Shown here in pieces: positions 36,574 to 45,773 of a stretch of DNA of 64,000 nt. Under the pieces are notes generated by a model. The model was not told the DNA's origin and did no database searches. It saw nothing but the letters and a program-made list of their open reading frames with translations. The translations under genes and the position numbers were made by a program. Numbering within the stretch: the stretch's first letter is position 1; every line of letters starts with the position of its first letter. The DNA comes from Dehalococcoidia bacterium (GTDB lineage Bacteria > Chloroflexota > Dehalococcoidia > Lucifugimonadales > UBA3495), in the NCBI GenBank assembly GCA_965232885.1, contig CBDDQX010000001.1, forward strand, positions 451,922 through 515,921, in the 5' to 3' direction.

Positions 36574-37230
36574 TTGCTCATAGACCTCCACACTCACAGC
36601 TACCCTATGTCCGACGACAGCTTTATGAGCGTTGATGAAGCTATCGAGGGGGCAAAGTCCATAGGGCTGGGCGGCATCTGCCTGACCGATCACGACGCCT
36701 TCTGGACTGACGATCAAGCTCGCGAGCTGTCGCAGCGGCACGGGTTCCTGGTGCTGACCGGCAGTGAAATCAACACCGACGCCGGTCATGTGCTGGCCTT
36801 CGGGCTGCATCGCTACGAGTTTGGGATGCACAAACCTGATTTCCTGCGTTCCTGCGCCGACCGCGACGGGGGCGTTCTGATTGCCGCTCATCCCTACCGC
36901 CGCCGCTTTCTGGAGGAGCCTGGGCGCGAACCCGCTGCCCGCGCCGGTATGCTGGAACGGGCCGTCGGCGACCCCTTCTTCGGCCTGTGCGAAGCCGTCG
37001 AGACCCTGAACGGGCGCGGCTCGGACGAACAGAACCGCTACTCCGCCGACTTGGCAACTTCCCTGTCGCTGCCCGCCACTGCCGGGAGCGATGCCCACCG
37101 GGTCGCCCAATTGGGCACGGCCGCCACCGAATTTCGCGGCAAAGTCGAAGGCTTGGCGGACCTGATTCGTCTGCTCAAGAGCGGTCAATACCATCCCGTG
37201 GACCTGCGCGCCGGAGTGCCAGGCTCCTGA
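36574..37230 (+). CDS. PHP-domain metal-dependent phosphoesterase
   Basis: The protein includes LIDLHTHSYPMSDDS...GICLTDHD...GSEI...AAHPYR...GSDAH. Confidence 0.7.
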   Translation: MLIDLHTHSYPMSDDSFMSVDEAIEGAKSIGLGGICLTDHDAFWTDDQARELSQRHGFLVLTGSEINTDAGHVLAFGLHRYEFGMHKPDFLRSCADRDGGVLIAAHPYRRRFLEEPGREPAARAGMLERAVGDPFFGLCEAVETLNGRGSDEQNRYSADLATSLSLPATAGSDAHRVAQLGTAATEFRGKVEGLADLIRLLKSGQYHPVDLRAGVPGS

Positions 37231-37313
37231 CCATTCACACGAAAATATCAACGGGAATGACGGAGTGGGGGGCAGGGACGGCGTAATTGAGGCAACACAA
37301 TGGAGCGCCCCTT

Positions 37314-38291
37314 ATGGCAGAAGCCCTGAGAATTGAAGACTTGTACGTCCAGTTTCGCAGCCCGGCAGGCACGGTCAAGGCCCTTAACGGGGTAAGCCTG
37401 AGCCAGCAGGAAGGCGAGATTTACTGCCTGGTGGGCGAGAGCGGATGCGGCAAGAGCACCTTGGCCTTGGCCATCATGGGGCTGCTGCCATACAACGCCT
37501 CGGTGCTGGGCGGCAAGGTCTATTTCCGGGGTGTTGACCTGATGCAGGCCGGGCCGGAGTACATCCGCAGCCTGCGGGGGCATGAAGTCTCCATGGTGTT
37601 TCAGGACGCGCAGGCGGCCCTGAATCCGGTGGAGCCCATCGGCTCGCAGTTGGAGGAGGTAATCCACCAGCACAGCAATATGTCGCTGCGCAACGCCAAC
37701 CGCCTGGCCCAGGAGACACTGCGCGAGATGGGGCTTCCTGACCCCAAACGGGTGATGGGCCAGTATCCCTTCGCTCTCAGCGGCGGGATGTGCCAGCGCG
37801 TGATGATGGCGATTGCCCTGGTGCTGCGGCCCAAGTTGCTCATAGCCGACGAACCGACCTCTGGCCTGGACGTGACATTGCAGGCGGAGATGCTGGAAAG
37901 GCTGCGGATGCTGGTGAAGGAACAGGGTTCCTCGATTTTGCTCATCACCCACGACATGGGCGTGGTGGCTTCGATGGCCAACAAGGTGGGCGTCATCTAC
38001 GGCGGCAGCCTGGTGGAGCACGCCGACGTCATACCGCTGTTCCGGCGGGCGCAGCATCCCTACACATGGGCGCTGCTACAGTCCCTGCCGCGCCTGGACG
38101 ATCCGGGCCGCCGTATAGAGCCGCTGCCCGGCAATCCGCCCGACATGGTGAACATGGGCGAGGAATGCCCCTTCCTGCCCCGCTGCTTCAAGGCGGTGAA
38201 CCAGTGCCGAAGCCTGCGCCGCCCCGCGCTGTCCGAGACTGACCCCGGCCACCACGTAGCCTGCTACAACCCGGTGCAGCCGGTGGATTAG
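37314..38291 (+). CDS. Oligopeptide/dipeptide-type ABC transporter ATP-binding protein (orphan)
   Basis: The protein includes VGESGCGKSTLA, LSGGMCQRVMMA and LLIADEPTSGLD. The DppD/OppD-type C-terminus reads HPYTWALLQSLPRLD...CPFLPRCFKAVNQC. No permease or binding-protein gene is nearby. Confidence 0.8.
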   Translation: MAEALRIEDLYVQFRSPAGTVKALNGVSLSQQEGEIYCLVGESGCGKSTLALAIMGLLPYNASVLGGKVYFRGVDLMQAGPEYIRSLRGHEVSMVFQDAQAALNPVEPIGSQLEEVIHQHSNMSLRNANRLAQETLREMGLPDPKRVMGQYPFALSGGMCQRVMMAIALVLRPKLLIADEPTSGLDVTLQAEMLERLRMLVKEQGSSILLITHDMGVVASMANKVGVIYGGSLVEHADVIPLFRRAQHPYTWALLQSLPRLDDPGRRIEPLPGNPPDMVNMGEECPFLPRCFKAVNQCRSLRRPALSETDPGHHVACYNPVQPVD

Positions 38292-38375
38292 GGGGAAATT
38301 GATGACGCGATCCTCTTGCCCGCACCCCCCACGCAACCTTATCCTAAATAAATCAGCTACAGCGGCGGTGCCTAA

Positions 38376-40277
38376 ATGACCACCACAACATTCACCCAAG
38401 ATGAAATAACCTTTGCGCAATTCTGCGAGGAATGGTTGCGGGAGTTCACCGAATCCGACTTGCCACCCTTTGAGAAAGGCCAACGCTTTGCCTTCAAGCT
38501 GGTCACACAGTGGCTAAACGTTACCGAAGACGACGAAGACTTGGTGCTGTGCGACGGAACGGGCGATGGAGGGATTGATATCGCTTATCTGCATCAGGCA
38601 GACCTGAACGATAGTGACTTGGATGAGCAGTCGGATGAAGGAGATACTTGGTACCTGATTCAGAGTAAATACGGGACTGCCTTTCAAGGGCAGGAAACTA
38701 TCATTAGTGAAGGACGAAAAGTAATCAAGACAGTGGTCGGTGAGAACGATCGCCTTTCTCAACATTCCAAGCAGTTACAAGGCCGTTTAACTACCTTCAT
38801 CAATCAGGCTTCTGAAAGAGACAGGCTGATCCTAGTATTTGCCACTGTGAAACCTATGAAAGAAGAGGACCGGCAGGCACTCAACGAAATTCGCACATTG
38901 GGCCGTGAACGCTTCCCTGGGATATTCGACGTCGAAGACATATCTTTGCAGACGATATGGGAAGCTGGAGACACAACTCAGGTTCCAGCCATATCTATAC
39001 AGATCCAAGGAGACTTTGTCGAACCGAATGCTGGATTGAGAGTCGGCACTATCCCGCTGACCCACCTGTATCAGTTCTTGAAGGATTACCGGGACAAGAC
39101 AGGTAACCTCGACCAACTATATCAGAAGAATGTGCGTCAATTTCTAGGCGGCAGACGAAAAATCAATAAAGGGATTGAACAAACACTAAATCAGCAACCT
39201 GAAATGTTCGGATTGTATAATAACGGTATCACAATCGTAGTTTCAGACTTTTCGAGCAAATCAGATGGCTCTTTGGCCTTGTATGATCCATACGTGGTCA
39301 ATGGGTGTCAGACTACTAAGACCATCTGGAATGTATTGCAACAAAAATTGGATTCAGGGGGCACTGGCAACCATGGAGACAATGATAACTGGCGGGTGAA
39401 TGCCGGACGTGGCGTAGTAGTCGCTAAAATCGTCAAGAGCGATAACGCACAGATTGCAGATATTACCCGATACACAAACTCTCAAAATACTGTCCGCGAG
39501 CAAGATTTCCTTGCTTTGCGTGAGGATTTTGGGACATGGGCAGAAGGTATGGCTGCCCGTTACGATATATTTCTGGAGACACAGCGGGGCGGTTGGGACT
39601 CACAGCGTGCTCATCAGAAATCGCACCCTAGTTCGCGGCAATTTACAGACTACGCCATTGCATTCGAATTGCTGAAAGTATATGGCGCTGGTTGGCTTCG
39701 TTCACCCGGACACGCTTTCGGCAGAAGTGCCCCTTTTCTCCCTGGCGGTTCGATTTTCAAACAGGTTACGGAAACTGAACCTATCGGCGCGGATGATTTT
39801 TATGCCGCTTATCGGCTACAACAATTGGCAGAGCAATTCAACTTCGGACGAGGGGCAGAAGTTCAACAAAGCCGCCGACAGACCAGATTCCTTTACTATT
39901 TCATTGTTGTCGAACTGCTGAAAGATGTGCTCATCCGTGAGGGCCAAGAGTATTCTTCCAAAGGAATAACCAGTGCTTTTCATGCATTGCTAGCTGAATC
40001 TAACTTGGAGGTACTCCAATCTTTACTCGAGGCGGCTATAGATGTAGTCGATGAATACCTGAGCGAAGCGTCTGATGATTCGGTGTTCAAAGAGCATGAC
40101 TTTGAAGGCGACTTGAACGGATGGCTAAAATCTGACAAACTAGGGAAGAATGACGATGCAACTTATCGTCTTAACAATCTTCTAGCAACTCATAAGGCCA
40201 TATTTGGCCGAGCGGGAAGAGGGCAGCCGTCACCTCGAAAACTGGTTGCAGATGCGATTTCAGAGACACTGAACTAG
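38376..40277 (+). CDS. AIPR-family (abortive infection phage resistance) protein
   Basis: The 633-aa protein has GDGGIDIAYL...WYLIQSKYG (nuclease-like N-terminus) and FGLYNNGITIVVSDF...YVVNGCQTTKTIW, plus downstream AIPR-like blocks. GC is very low: I counted 21/60 in the line at 39181. Confidence 0.7.
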   Translation: MTTTTFTQDEITFAQFCEEWLREFTESDLPPFEKGQRFAFKLVTQWLNVTEDDEDLVLCDGTGDGGIDIAYLHQADLNDSDLDEQSDEGDTWYLIQSKYGTAFQGQETIISEGRKVIKTVVGENDRLSQHSKQLQGRLTTFINQASERDRLILVFATVKPMKEEDRQALNEIRTLGRERFPGIFDVEDISLQTIWEAGDTTQVPAISIQIQGDFVEPNAGLRVGTIPLTHLYQFLKDYRDKTGNLDQLYQKNVRQFLGGRRKINKGIEQTLNQQPEMFGLYNNGITIVVSDFSSKSDGSLALYDPYVVNGCQTTKTIWNVLQQKLDSGGTGNHGDNDNWRVNAGRGVVVAKIVKSDNAQIADITRYTNSQNTVREQDFLALREDFGTWAEGMAARYDIFLETQRGGWDSQRAHQKSHPSSRQFTDYAIAFELLKVYGAGWLRSPGHAFGRSAPFLPGGSIFKQVTETEPIGADDFYAAYRLQQLAEQFNFGRGAEVQQSRRQTRFLYYFIVVELLKDVLIREGQEYSSKGITSAFHALLAESNLEVLQSLLEAAIDVVDEYLSEASDDSVFKEHDFEGDLNGWLKSDKLGKNDDATYRLNNLLATHKAIFGRAGRGQPSPRKLVADAISETLN

Positions 40278-40280
40278 CCC

Positions 40281-41288
40281 CTACCGCCGGGGGGCGGATT
40301 CGCCCACCAGCAGTTCCAGGGCCAGGTCGGGTTCCAGGCGGCCCTGCTTGATGGCCAGGTCAGCCTCCAGCAGGCGGTCGTAGCGCCAGGCGATGTCCTG
40401 GCGGGAGTGGCGGCGGGCCTGCTCCGTGGTCTTGCGCACAACGAAGTCAGATGTAGTTCCCATCGCCCGCTTCAGTTCGTCCGGGGGCAGCCGCCGGTCC
40501 ATGGAGTCGCGGGCCAAGGCCAGCAGGCGCAGTTGCCGCTCCACCATGGCAATTATGTACATCGGCTCGCGCCCGTCGTCCCGCAGTTGGGCCAGCAGCC
40601 GCAGCGCCGCCTCCGGGCGGCCGTCAATCATCGCGTCCACCGCCTCGAAGATGCTGGCCTCCCGCACTTGCGACACCATCAGCCGCACGTCCGCCTCGCC
40701 AATCTCGCGTCCGGCGGCATAGAGCGACAGCTTCTCCAGTTCCTGGTCCAGCGTCCACAGGTCGCCGCCCACCAGGTCTGCCAGCGACCGGTTGGCCGCC
40801 GGGCTGACCGTTGCGCCCTTGGCCTCAGCCGTCTCCTTAATCCAGCGAGCCAGTTGCTCACCCCGGGGGGCCGTGTGCTCCTCCACATTGCAGACAGAGC
40901 GCAGAAGGCGCAGGAGGGGATTGTTGCCCGAAATTGGCCCGTCGGACAGCAGCAACAGCGTGGTGTCGGGCATTTGGGGCATGGCGTCGGCCAGGGACTG
41001 CCAGCCATCGGATGCGTTGCCGCCGCGACGTCCGCGCCCCCGGCCGCTTCCGCCGCCGGAGCGGGATTCGGCAGCGGTCAGCAAACCTTCAACCACCACC
41101 AACCGCAGCGGGTCCATGAAGGGTATGGCCTGGCAGACACCCAACAGTTCCGGCAGAGCGGTCTGTCCGCCCTGCATCCGGTGCCGGTTGGCGTCCAGCA
41201 GGGCATCGGCGCCGTGCTCGGCTTCCAGCGCCGCCACACGCTGCCGCACCAGGAAACTGTCGCCAAATACGATGAACGAGGGCATCAC
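40281..41288 (-). CDS. holA: DNA polymerase III delta subunit
   Basis: The protein includes FIVFGDSFLVRQRV..., LLLLSDGP and SLADLVGGDLWTLDQELEKLSLYA. Length and pattern are typical of HolA. Confidence 0.75.
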   Translation of the reverse strand: MMPSFIVFGDSFLVRQRVAALEAEHGADALLDANRHRMQGGQTALPELLGVCQAIPFMDPLRLVVVEGLLTAAESRSGGGSGRGRGRRGGNASDGWQSLADAMPQMPDTTLLLLSDGPISGNNPLLRLLRSVCNVEEHTAPRGEQLARWIKETAEAKGATVSPAANRSLADLVGGDLWTLDQELEKLSLYAAGREIGEADVRLMVSQVREASIFEAVDAMIDGRPEAALRLLAQLRDDGREPMYIIAMVERQLRLLALARDSMDRRLPPDELKRAMGTTSDFVVRKTTEQARRHSRQDIAWRYDRLLEADLAIKQGRLEPDLALELLVGESAPRR

Positions 41289-41590
41289 TCCCTCTGCCGG
41301 TTTTCGAGCTGGCGGGTGAGACGGTCTATTTCAGCGAGAAGCCGGCCTATCTCTGCAAGGAGGCGGTTTCGCTCTGCGTCAGCCCTTTGACGTTCTTCAT
41401 CGGCCCTCTGACGTTCCAATTCGGCCCTAAGTCGTTCTATCTCCGCAAGGAGGCGATACCGTTCTGCTTCGTCCTTGAGACGTTCTATCTCTATATCCCG
41501 ACTTCCCACAGTGGGATCCTGGGCGTTTTGGAGTACCTCTGCCAGGGCTTGTTCCGCCGCTTCTCTGGCGCGTCTCTCTCTGGTAATCAC
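41285..41590 (-). CDS. Coiled-coil protein (partial duplicate of the upstream gene)
   Basis: The protein reads MITRERRAREAAEQALAEV...ERQRADEERQRADAERNRLLAEIGRLLAEIDRLTRQLENRQRE. It overlaps both the upstream gene and holA by 4 nt. Confidence 0.45.
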   Translation of the reverse strand: MITRERRAREAAEQALAEVLQNAQDPTVGSRDIEIERLKDEAERYRLLAEIERLRAELERQRADEERQRADAERNRLLAEIGRLLAEIDRLTRQLENRQRE

Positions 41591-42063
41591 TTTGCTTCCC
41601 CTGAAGGCCCCTCTTGCCGATTGTCCGGTTGTCGAGTGAGGCGTTCTATCTCTGCAAGGAGACGGTTGCGTTCTTCCTCAGAGCTCTGGCGTTGTTCCTC
41701 AGACCTCTGACGCTCCTGTGCCAAGGCTTGTTCTGCCGCTTCTCTAGCCTGTTGTTCCGCTGCTTTGGCTTGTTCCGCCGCTTCTCTGGCGCGTCTCTCT
41801 CTGGTTATCATGATGTAGCTCCATATACCGCCGCCCGTGGCCGCGATGGCCGAGTTGGTTAGGATGTCCTTCAGCATCGCCGGGTTGATGAACGCGGCGA
41901 CTGCCGAGGCGTTGCACCCTGTGGTGGCGGCGAGTTCTCCGGAACACTTGTTTCCGGTAAAGTACCATATCACCCAAGTCACTGCCAGCGCCGCCAAGCC
42001 CGCCGCCACCGGCAGAGTCGCTATTTCCCGCAAGTCCTGAAATGCCGATATATCCTGGTTCAT
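41587..42063 (-). CDS. Membrane-anchored coiled-coil protein
   Basis: Two hydrophobic segments are present (LPVAAGLAALAVTWVIWYF and AIAATGGGIWSYIMI). They are followed by TRERRAREAAEQAKAAEQQAREAAEQ...RNRLLAEIERLTRQPDNRQ. Confidence 0.45.
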   Translation of the reverse strand: MNQDISAFQDLREIATLPVAAGLAALAVTWVIWYFTGNKCSGELAATTGCNASAVAAFINPAMLKDILTNSAIAATGGGIWSYIMITRERRAREAAEQAKAAEQQAREAAEQALAQERQRSEEQRQSSEEERNRLLAEIERLTRQPDNRQEGPSGEAK

Positions 42064-42180
42064 TGTCGCGTCTTTAGCCGCCTGCCCTCACCTGCCGGAA
42101 AGTGGCGAATATGCTTCCTGCTGTGGAATAATGACCCACGAACCAACTCTGATTCAACCCTGAAACGGATGTAAAACCCT

Positions 42181-43221
42181 ATGAAATTTGGCCTGTTTTC
42201 CCATGTGCCCTGGCCGGAAGGTGTTGCCCCAAGCCAGGTGGTGGACAACATCACCGAGGAGTTCGTTGTCGGTGAAGAACTGGGATTCGACAGCGGCTGG
42301 CTGGCCGAGCACCACTTCTCCCGCTACGGTCTGGGGTCGGCGTCCCTGATGTTGCTGGCAAATATCGCTGCCCGCACGAAGAAGCTGCGGCTGGGAACGG
42401 CGGTCATCATCCCGCCTCTGCACCATCCGGTACGGCTGGCCGAGGATACCGCTACCCTGGACCTGCTCAGCAGCGGGAGGCTGGACGCGGGCTTCGGGCG
42501 CGGCACCGCCGGGTACGAGTACACCGGCTACAGCGTTGACAGCAACGAGAGCCAGCTACGCTTTCAGGAGTCCGTACAAATCATCCAGGGGCTGTGGACC
42601 ACGCCCGGCTTCACCTTCGAGGGGCAACACTTCCAGGTGAAGAACGCCAACCTGGTGCCGCCCCCGGCGCAGAAGCCTCACCCGCCCATATACATCGCCG
42701 CCACCCGCACCCGCGAGACGCAGGACTTCGCCGCCGCCAGCGGTCACTCGGGCATCATCGGCGTGGTGCTGGACACCGCCGACGGTCTGGACCTCTGCCA
42801 CCAGTTGGTCAACGGGGCGCGTGAGGCCGGCAAGCCCATGCACATCGGCGGCATACCGTTCTTCCGGTACTTCTACGTGGGAGAGACCGAGGAGCAGGCC
42901 CGCCGCGACAGCAAGGACGCCCTGAACTGGACCATGGACGTGAACCAGTGGCGGCGCACTTACCAACAGGGCAGCGAGGTTTACGACAGCCTGAATGACT
43001 TCCGGCGCACCCGCGCCGAGCTGCCGCCGTCCTTCGACTACCTGTTTGAGCGCCGCGCCTTCATCGGCAACCCGGACCAAATGATAGCCAAGATTCGCGC
43101 GTTGCAGGATGGGGGCATCGGTTACTTCGGCTGCAACTTCTCCTTCGGGGGTATGCCGCAGGACAAGGTGCTGAAGTCCATGCAACTCTTCGCCCGCGAG
43201 GTAATGCCCGCGTTTGCGTAG
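42181..43221 (+). CDS. LLM-class (luciferase-like) flavin-dependent oxidoreductase
   Basis: The protein includes MKFGLFSHVPWP...LGFDSGWLAEHHFSRYG...RLRLGTAVIIPPLHHPVRLAEDTATLDLLSSGRLDAGFGRG. Confidence 0.8.
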   Translation: MKFGLFSHVPWPEGVAPSQVVDNITEEFVVGEELGFDSGWLAEHHFSRYGLGSASLMLLANIAARTKKLRLGTAVIIPPLHHPVRLAEDTATLDLLSSGRLDAGFGRGTAGYEYTGYSVDSNESQLRFQESVQIIQGLWTTPGFTFEGQHFQVKNANLVPPPAQKPHPPIYIAATRTRETQDFAAASGHSGIIGVVLDTADGLDLCHQLVNGAREAGKPMHIGGIPFFRYFYVGETEEQARRDSKDALNWTMDVNQWRRTYQQGSEVYDSLNDFRRTRAELPPSFDYLFERRAFIGNPDQMIAKIRALQDGGIGYFGCNFSFGGMPQDKVLKSMQLFAREVMPAFA

Positions 43222-43257
43222 TCGGAGCATAGGCTCCTTCAATATCGGAGGCAGTGA

Positions 43258-44217
43258 GTGGCTACCTGCAAAGACTGCATTCATTGGGACGCTAACAACC
43301 AAATTACCTACGCCGAAGAGCCGGGAGTAACCGCCAGCAGGTGTATGCTTGTAGAAGAAAACAACCATGCGGCTCTGATGACCATTCGGCACCACTTGGA
43401 CCATGTCAAGATGGATCCCTGCAACGTGTATCTGATTACCAAGAGCAATTTCACATGTAGCGCTCTGTTGCAACGAGATGGGATACCCGTGCAGACAGAA
43501 GTGGATGTAGACGAGGAGAAAGAATCGAGAAGTCCATCACTTGCGAGAAAAATAGCGAAGACCGGAGCGGATGCAACACTCTGGGCCATAGACTTAACAT
43601 TAGATTATATGTTGAGGCGGCGCCAGAACGAACGGACCATAAAACCCACGAAAAGGATAACTTTCTCACCCAAGTTAAGAAGGGAACTACTCCAAGAACA
43701 AAACCGAAAGTGTATGTACTGTGGGGCACCTAAAAGTATCAAAACAACCGATGTAGACCACAAGACTCCAGTGATTAGGGGAGGCCCGAACGAGAAGTCA
43801 AACTACCAAATACTCTGCAAACCATGTAACCAGCGAAAGGGCGCCCAAACAGACGAAGAGTTCCGAAAGAGATATGCTGAACTACTGCCGAGGTTTCGTC
43901 GCGGACAACGCCCAGTACCGCCTGAGCAACCTGTCTCTCAGAAGGAATTCAGGCGAGTAACTAAAGAAACTCAAATGGGAGAGTCGATAAGAGAGTTCAA
44001 GAAGACGAAATATATCTCTCCACGCCAGAAGATATCATCGGGGACACCGGTAGCAGGTGGAATTGTAGGCGTGGTTTTCTTTTTGGGTACAGCGTTAATA
44101 CTGCCCGAGGCGGCATGGGCGGGGAACCTATCGGTAGTCGCCGGACTGATAACAGGAGTCTGTACTTGGGCTGGCCTGATGGTCAGAGCTAAACACACTG
44201 GCAGATTTGATATGTGA
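43258..44217 (+). CDS. HNH endonuclease with Cys-rich N-terminus and two C-terminal TM helices
   Basis: The start is GTG, 6 nt after GGAGG. The HNH core reads CMYCGAPKSIKTTDVDHKTPVIRGGPNEKSNYQILCKPCNQRKG. The C-terminal hydrophobic segments are VAGGIVGVVFFLGTALIL and LSVVAGLITGVCTWAGLMV. I counted GC of 27/60 in the line at 43621. Confidence 0.7.
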   Translation: MATCKDCIHWDANNQITYAEEPGVTASRCMLVEENNHAALMTIRHHLDHVKMDPCNVYLITKSNFTCSALLQRDGIPVQTEVDVDEEKESRSPSLARKIAKTGADATLWAIDLTLDYMLRRRQNERTIKPTKRITFSPKLRRELLQEQNRKCMYCGAPKSIKTTDVDHKTPVIRGGPNEKSNYQILCKPCNQRKGAQTDEEFRKRYAELLPRFRRGQRPVPPEQPVSQKEFRRVTKETQMGESIREFKKTKYISPRQKISSGTPVAGGIVGVVFFLGTALILPEAAWAGNLSVVAGLITGVCTWAGLMVRAKHTGRFDM

Positions 44218-44234
44218 GACCTCGGAGAGCTAAT

Positions 44235-45368
44235 ATGGCCAATGCCTTCGGGAAGATAATCGCCAACGTAGAGCGGCTTCACGAGCTGATGGATGAGGAG
44301 GGTTTCTCCGCCATCGTAGCCCGGTCGGGCAAGAACTTCACCTATTTGGCCGGGTTCGCCTACCCCGGCACCCTCGCCCGGCACCTGGAGTTCCCGGACT
44401 CGCCGCGAGAGGTGCTGCTGGTATGGCCGCGAACAGGCGAGCCGGTCATGGTGCTGAACTCCTACGCTGCGCCCCTGGCCCGCCGCGACTCGTGGCTGGA
44501 GCGTATCGAAGTCATCGACGACTACGCCGAGTCGCCCTACGAACGCGCCTCCGATGTGTTGAAGCAGTTGGGACTGGCCGAAGAGACCATCGGGTTTGAG
44601 AAGAGCTACATCAGCGCCAACCGCTGGGAGGAAATAGCCGCTCTCCTGCCCAAGGCGAGCATATCGGACAGCACCGAACTGATGGACCGGGTGCGCTGGG
44701 TCAAGACGCCGGAGGAAGTGGCGGCGCTGGAGGCCGGGGCCAAGCTGCTGGACGAAGCCTACCTGGAGGCGCTGCCGACGGTCAGGCCCGGCGACACCGA
44801 GCGCCTGGCGCACAGCCGCATCATCGAGAGTTGCCTGCGCCGGGGAGCCAACTGGGCCCACGGCATCCTGAACTCCAGCCGCAACACCGTGTCCTACGGC
44901 GGCGAGAGCGACATGGCCTTCGAGGCGGGCGACATCATCCGCAACGATTATGTCTCGTATCTCAACGGCTACCCCGGCCACCAGTCCCGCAGCGTCTGCG
45001 TCGGAACTCCGTCGGACGAGCAGAAGAAACTCTACCGCATCACTAGGGACATCTATCGCGCTACCATCGAGCGATGCGTCCCCGGCGCCAAGACCGCAGA
45101 CATCTATCACTTCGCCAACGACAGCTTCCACGAGGCCGGATTCCAGGGCAACGTAGCGCTGGCGGGCCACGGCGTCGGCGCCTGGTGGCATCAGCAGGAG
45201 CCATACATGGTGCCTTCCAGCGCGCGCGTGCTGGAGGAGGGCATGGTGGTGGCGCTGGAGCCGCACATCGGCTACTGGCACCTTCAGGACATGGTTCTGG
45301 TAACCGCCAACGGCCCCCGCCTGCTGTCGCCGCTCATAAACACCGACGAGATGCTGGTGGCGGGGTAG
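44235..45368 (+). CDS. M24-family metallopeptidase (Xaa-Pro peptidase/creatinase-like)
   Basis: The N-terminal creatinase-like part includes AIVARSGKNFTYLAG. The pita-bread part includes GDIIRNDYVSYLNGYPGHQSRS...GHGVG...LEP. Confidence 0.75.
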   Translation: MANAFGKIIANVERLHELMDEEGFSAIVARSGKNFTYLAGFAYPGTLARHLEFPDSPREVLLVWPRTGEPVMVLNSYAAPLARRDSWLERIEVIDDYAESPYERASDVLKQLGLAEETIGFEKSYISANRWEEIAALLPKASISDSTELMDRVRWVKTPEEVAALEAGAKLLDEAYLEALPTVRPGDTERLAHSRIIESCLRRGANWAHGILNSSRNTVSYGGESDMAFEAGDIIRNDYVSYLNGYPGHQSRSVCVGTPSDEQKKLYRITRDIYRATIERCVPGAKTADIYHFANDSFHEAGFQGNVALAGHGVGAWWHQQEPYMVPSSARVLEEGMVVALEPHIGYWHLQDMVLVTANGPRLLSPLINTDEMLVAG

Positions 45369-45442
45369 GGCAGGGAAATCGCTAAGGCACCCCGTCGAGG
45401 TCTGGCACGGAGGACCAGCATTGCCGATTACAGGCGTGAAGG

Positions 45443-45772
45443 TTAGGAGATAGTAGGCGCGGCGTCCAAAGCCTCTAAGAGTTCGTCCAGCCGGGGGTCG
45501 TCAGTAGCAATCCTTTTTGCTTCCTCATATAAGGACACCAGGTCCGAATTCGGTCTTGGCTTGCTAGACTCATAAAACTCGCTGCCTACCGTCTGACCAT
45601 TTCTGTCCATGACAGAAAGATAAATAGCCTCTCCCATTGTAGTCTGGTACCCTATGATGTAGATGGTCAAGTGTCCAATAGAGGCACGGAAGGCGCCGGA
45701 TTGAGACGAGTTGCGCCAAGCAACGCGCTTTTCTTTGGTACGCTCCACCAACTTTTGTAGGACTTGATTCAT
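45443..45772 (-). CDS. Hypothetical protein (downstream gene of a two-gene cassette)
   Basis: I recognise no family. The ATG at 45772 lies 1 nt after the upstream stop; alternative starts are 45781 and 45805. The protein reads MNQVLQKLVERTKEKRVAWRNSSQSGAFRASIGHLTIYIIGY... Confidence 0.4.
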   Translation of the reverse strand: MNQVLQKLVERTKEKRVAWRNSSQSGAFRASIGHLTIYIIGYQTTMGEAIYLSVMDRNGQTVGSEFYESSKPRPNSDLVSLYEEAKRIATDDPRLDELLEALDAAPTIS

Positions 45773-45773
45773 G

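Noticed and set aside
36475-37251. 258-aa minus-strand ORF; also 40407..41390(+), 43971..45281(-), 54981..56060(+), 58731..59603(+), 60733..61512(+) and 49967..50950(-)
   Set aside because: Each is antisense to a confidently identified gene (the PHP-domain gene, holA, the M24 peptidase gene, dxr, pyrH/tsf, rpsB and glmS respectively) and has biased high-GC shadow composition.
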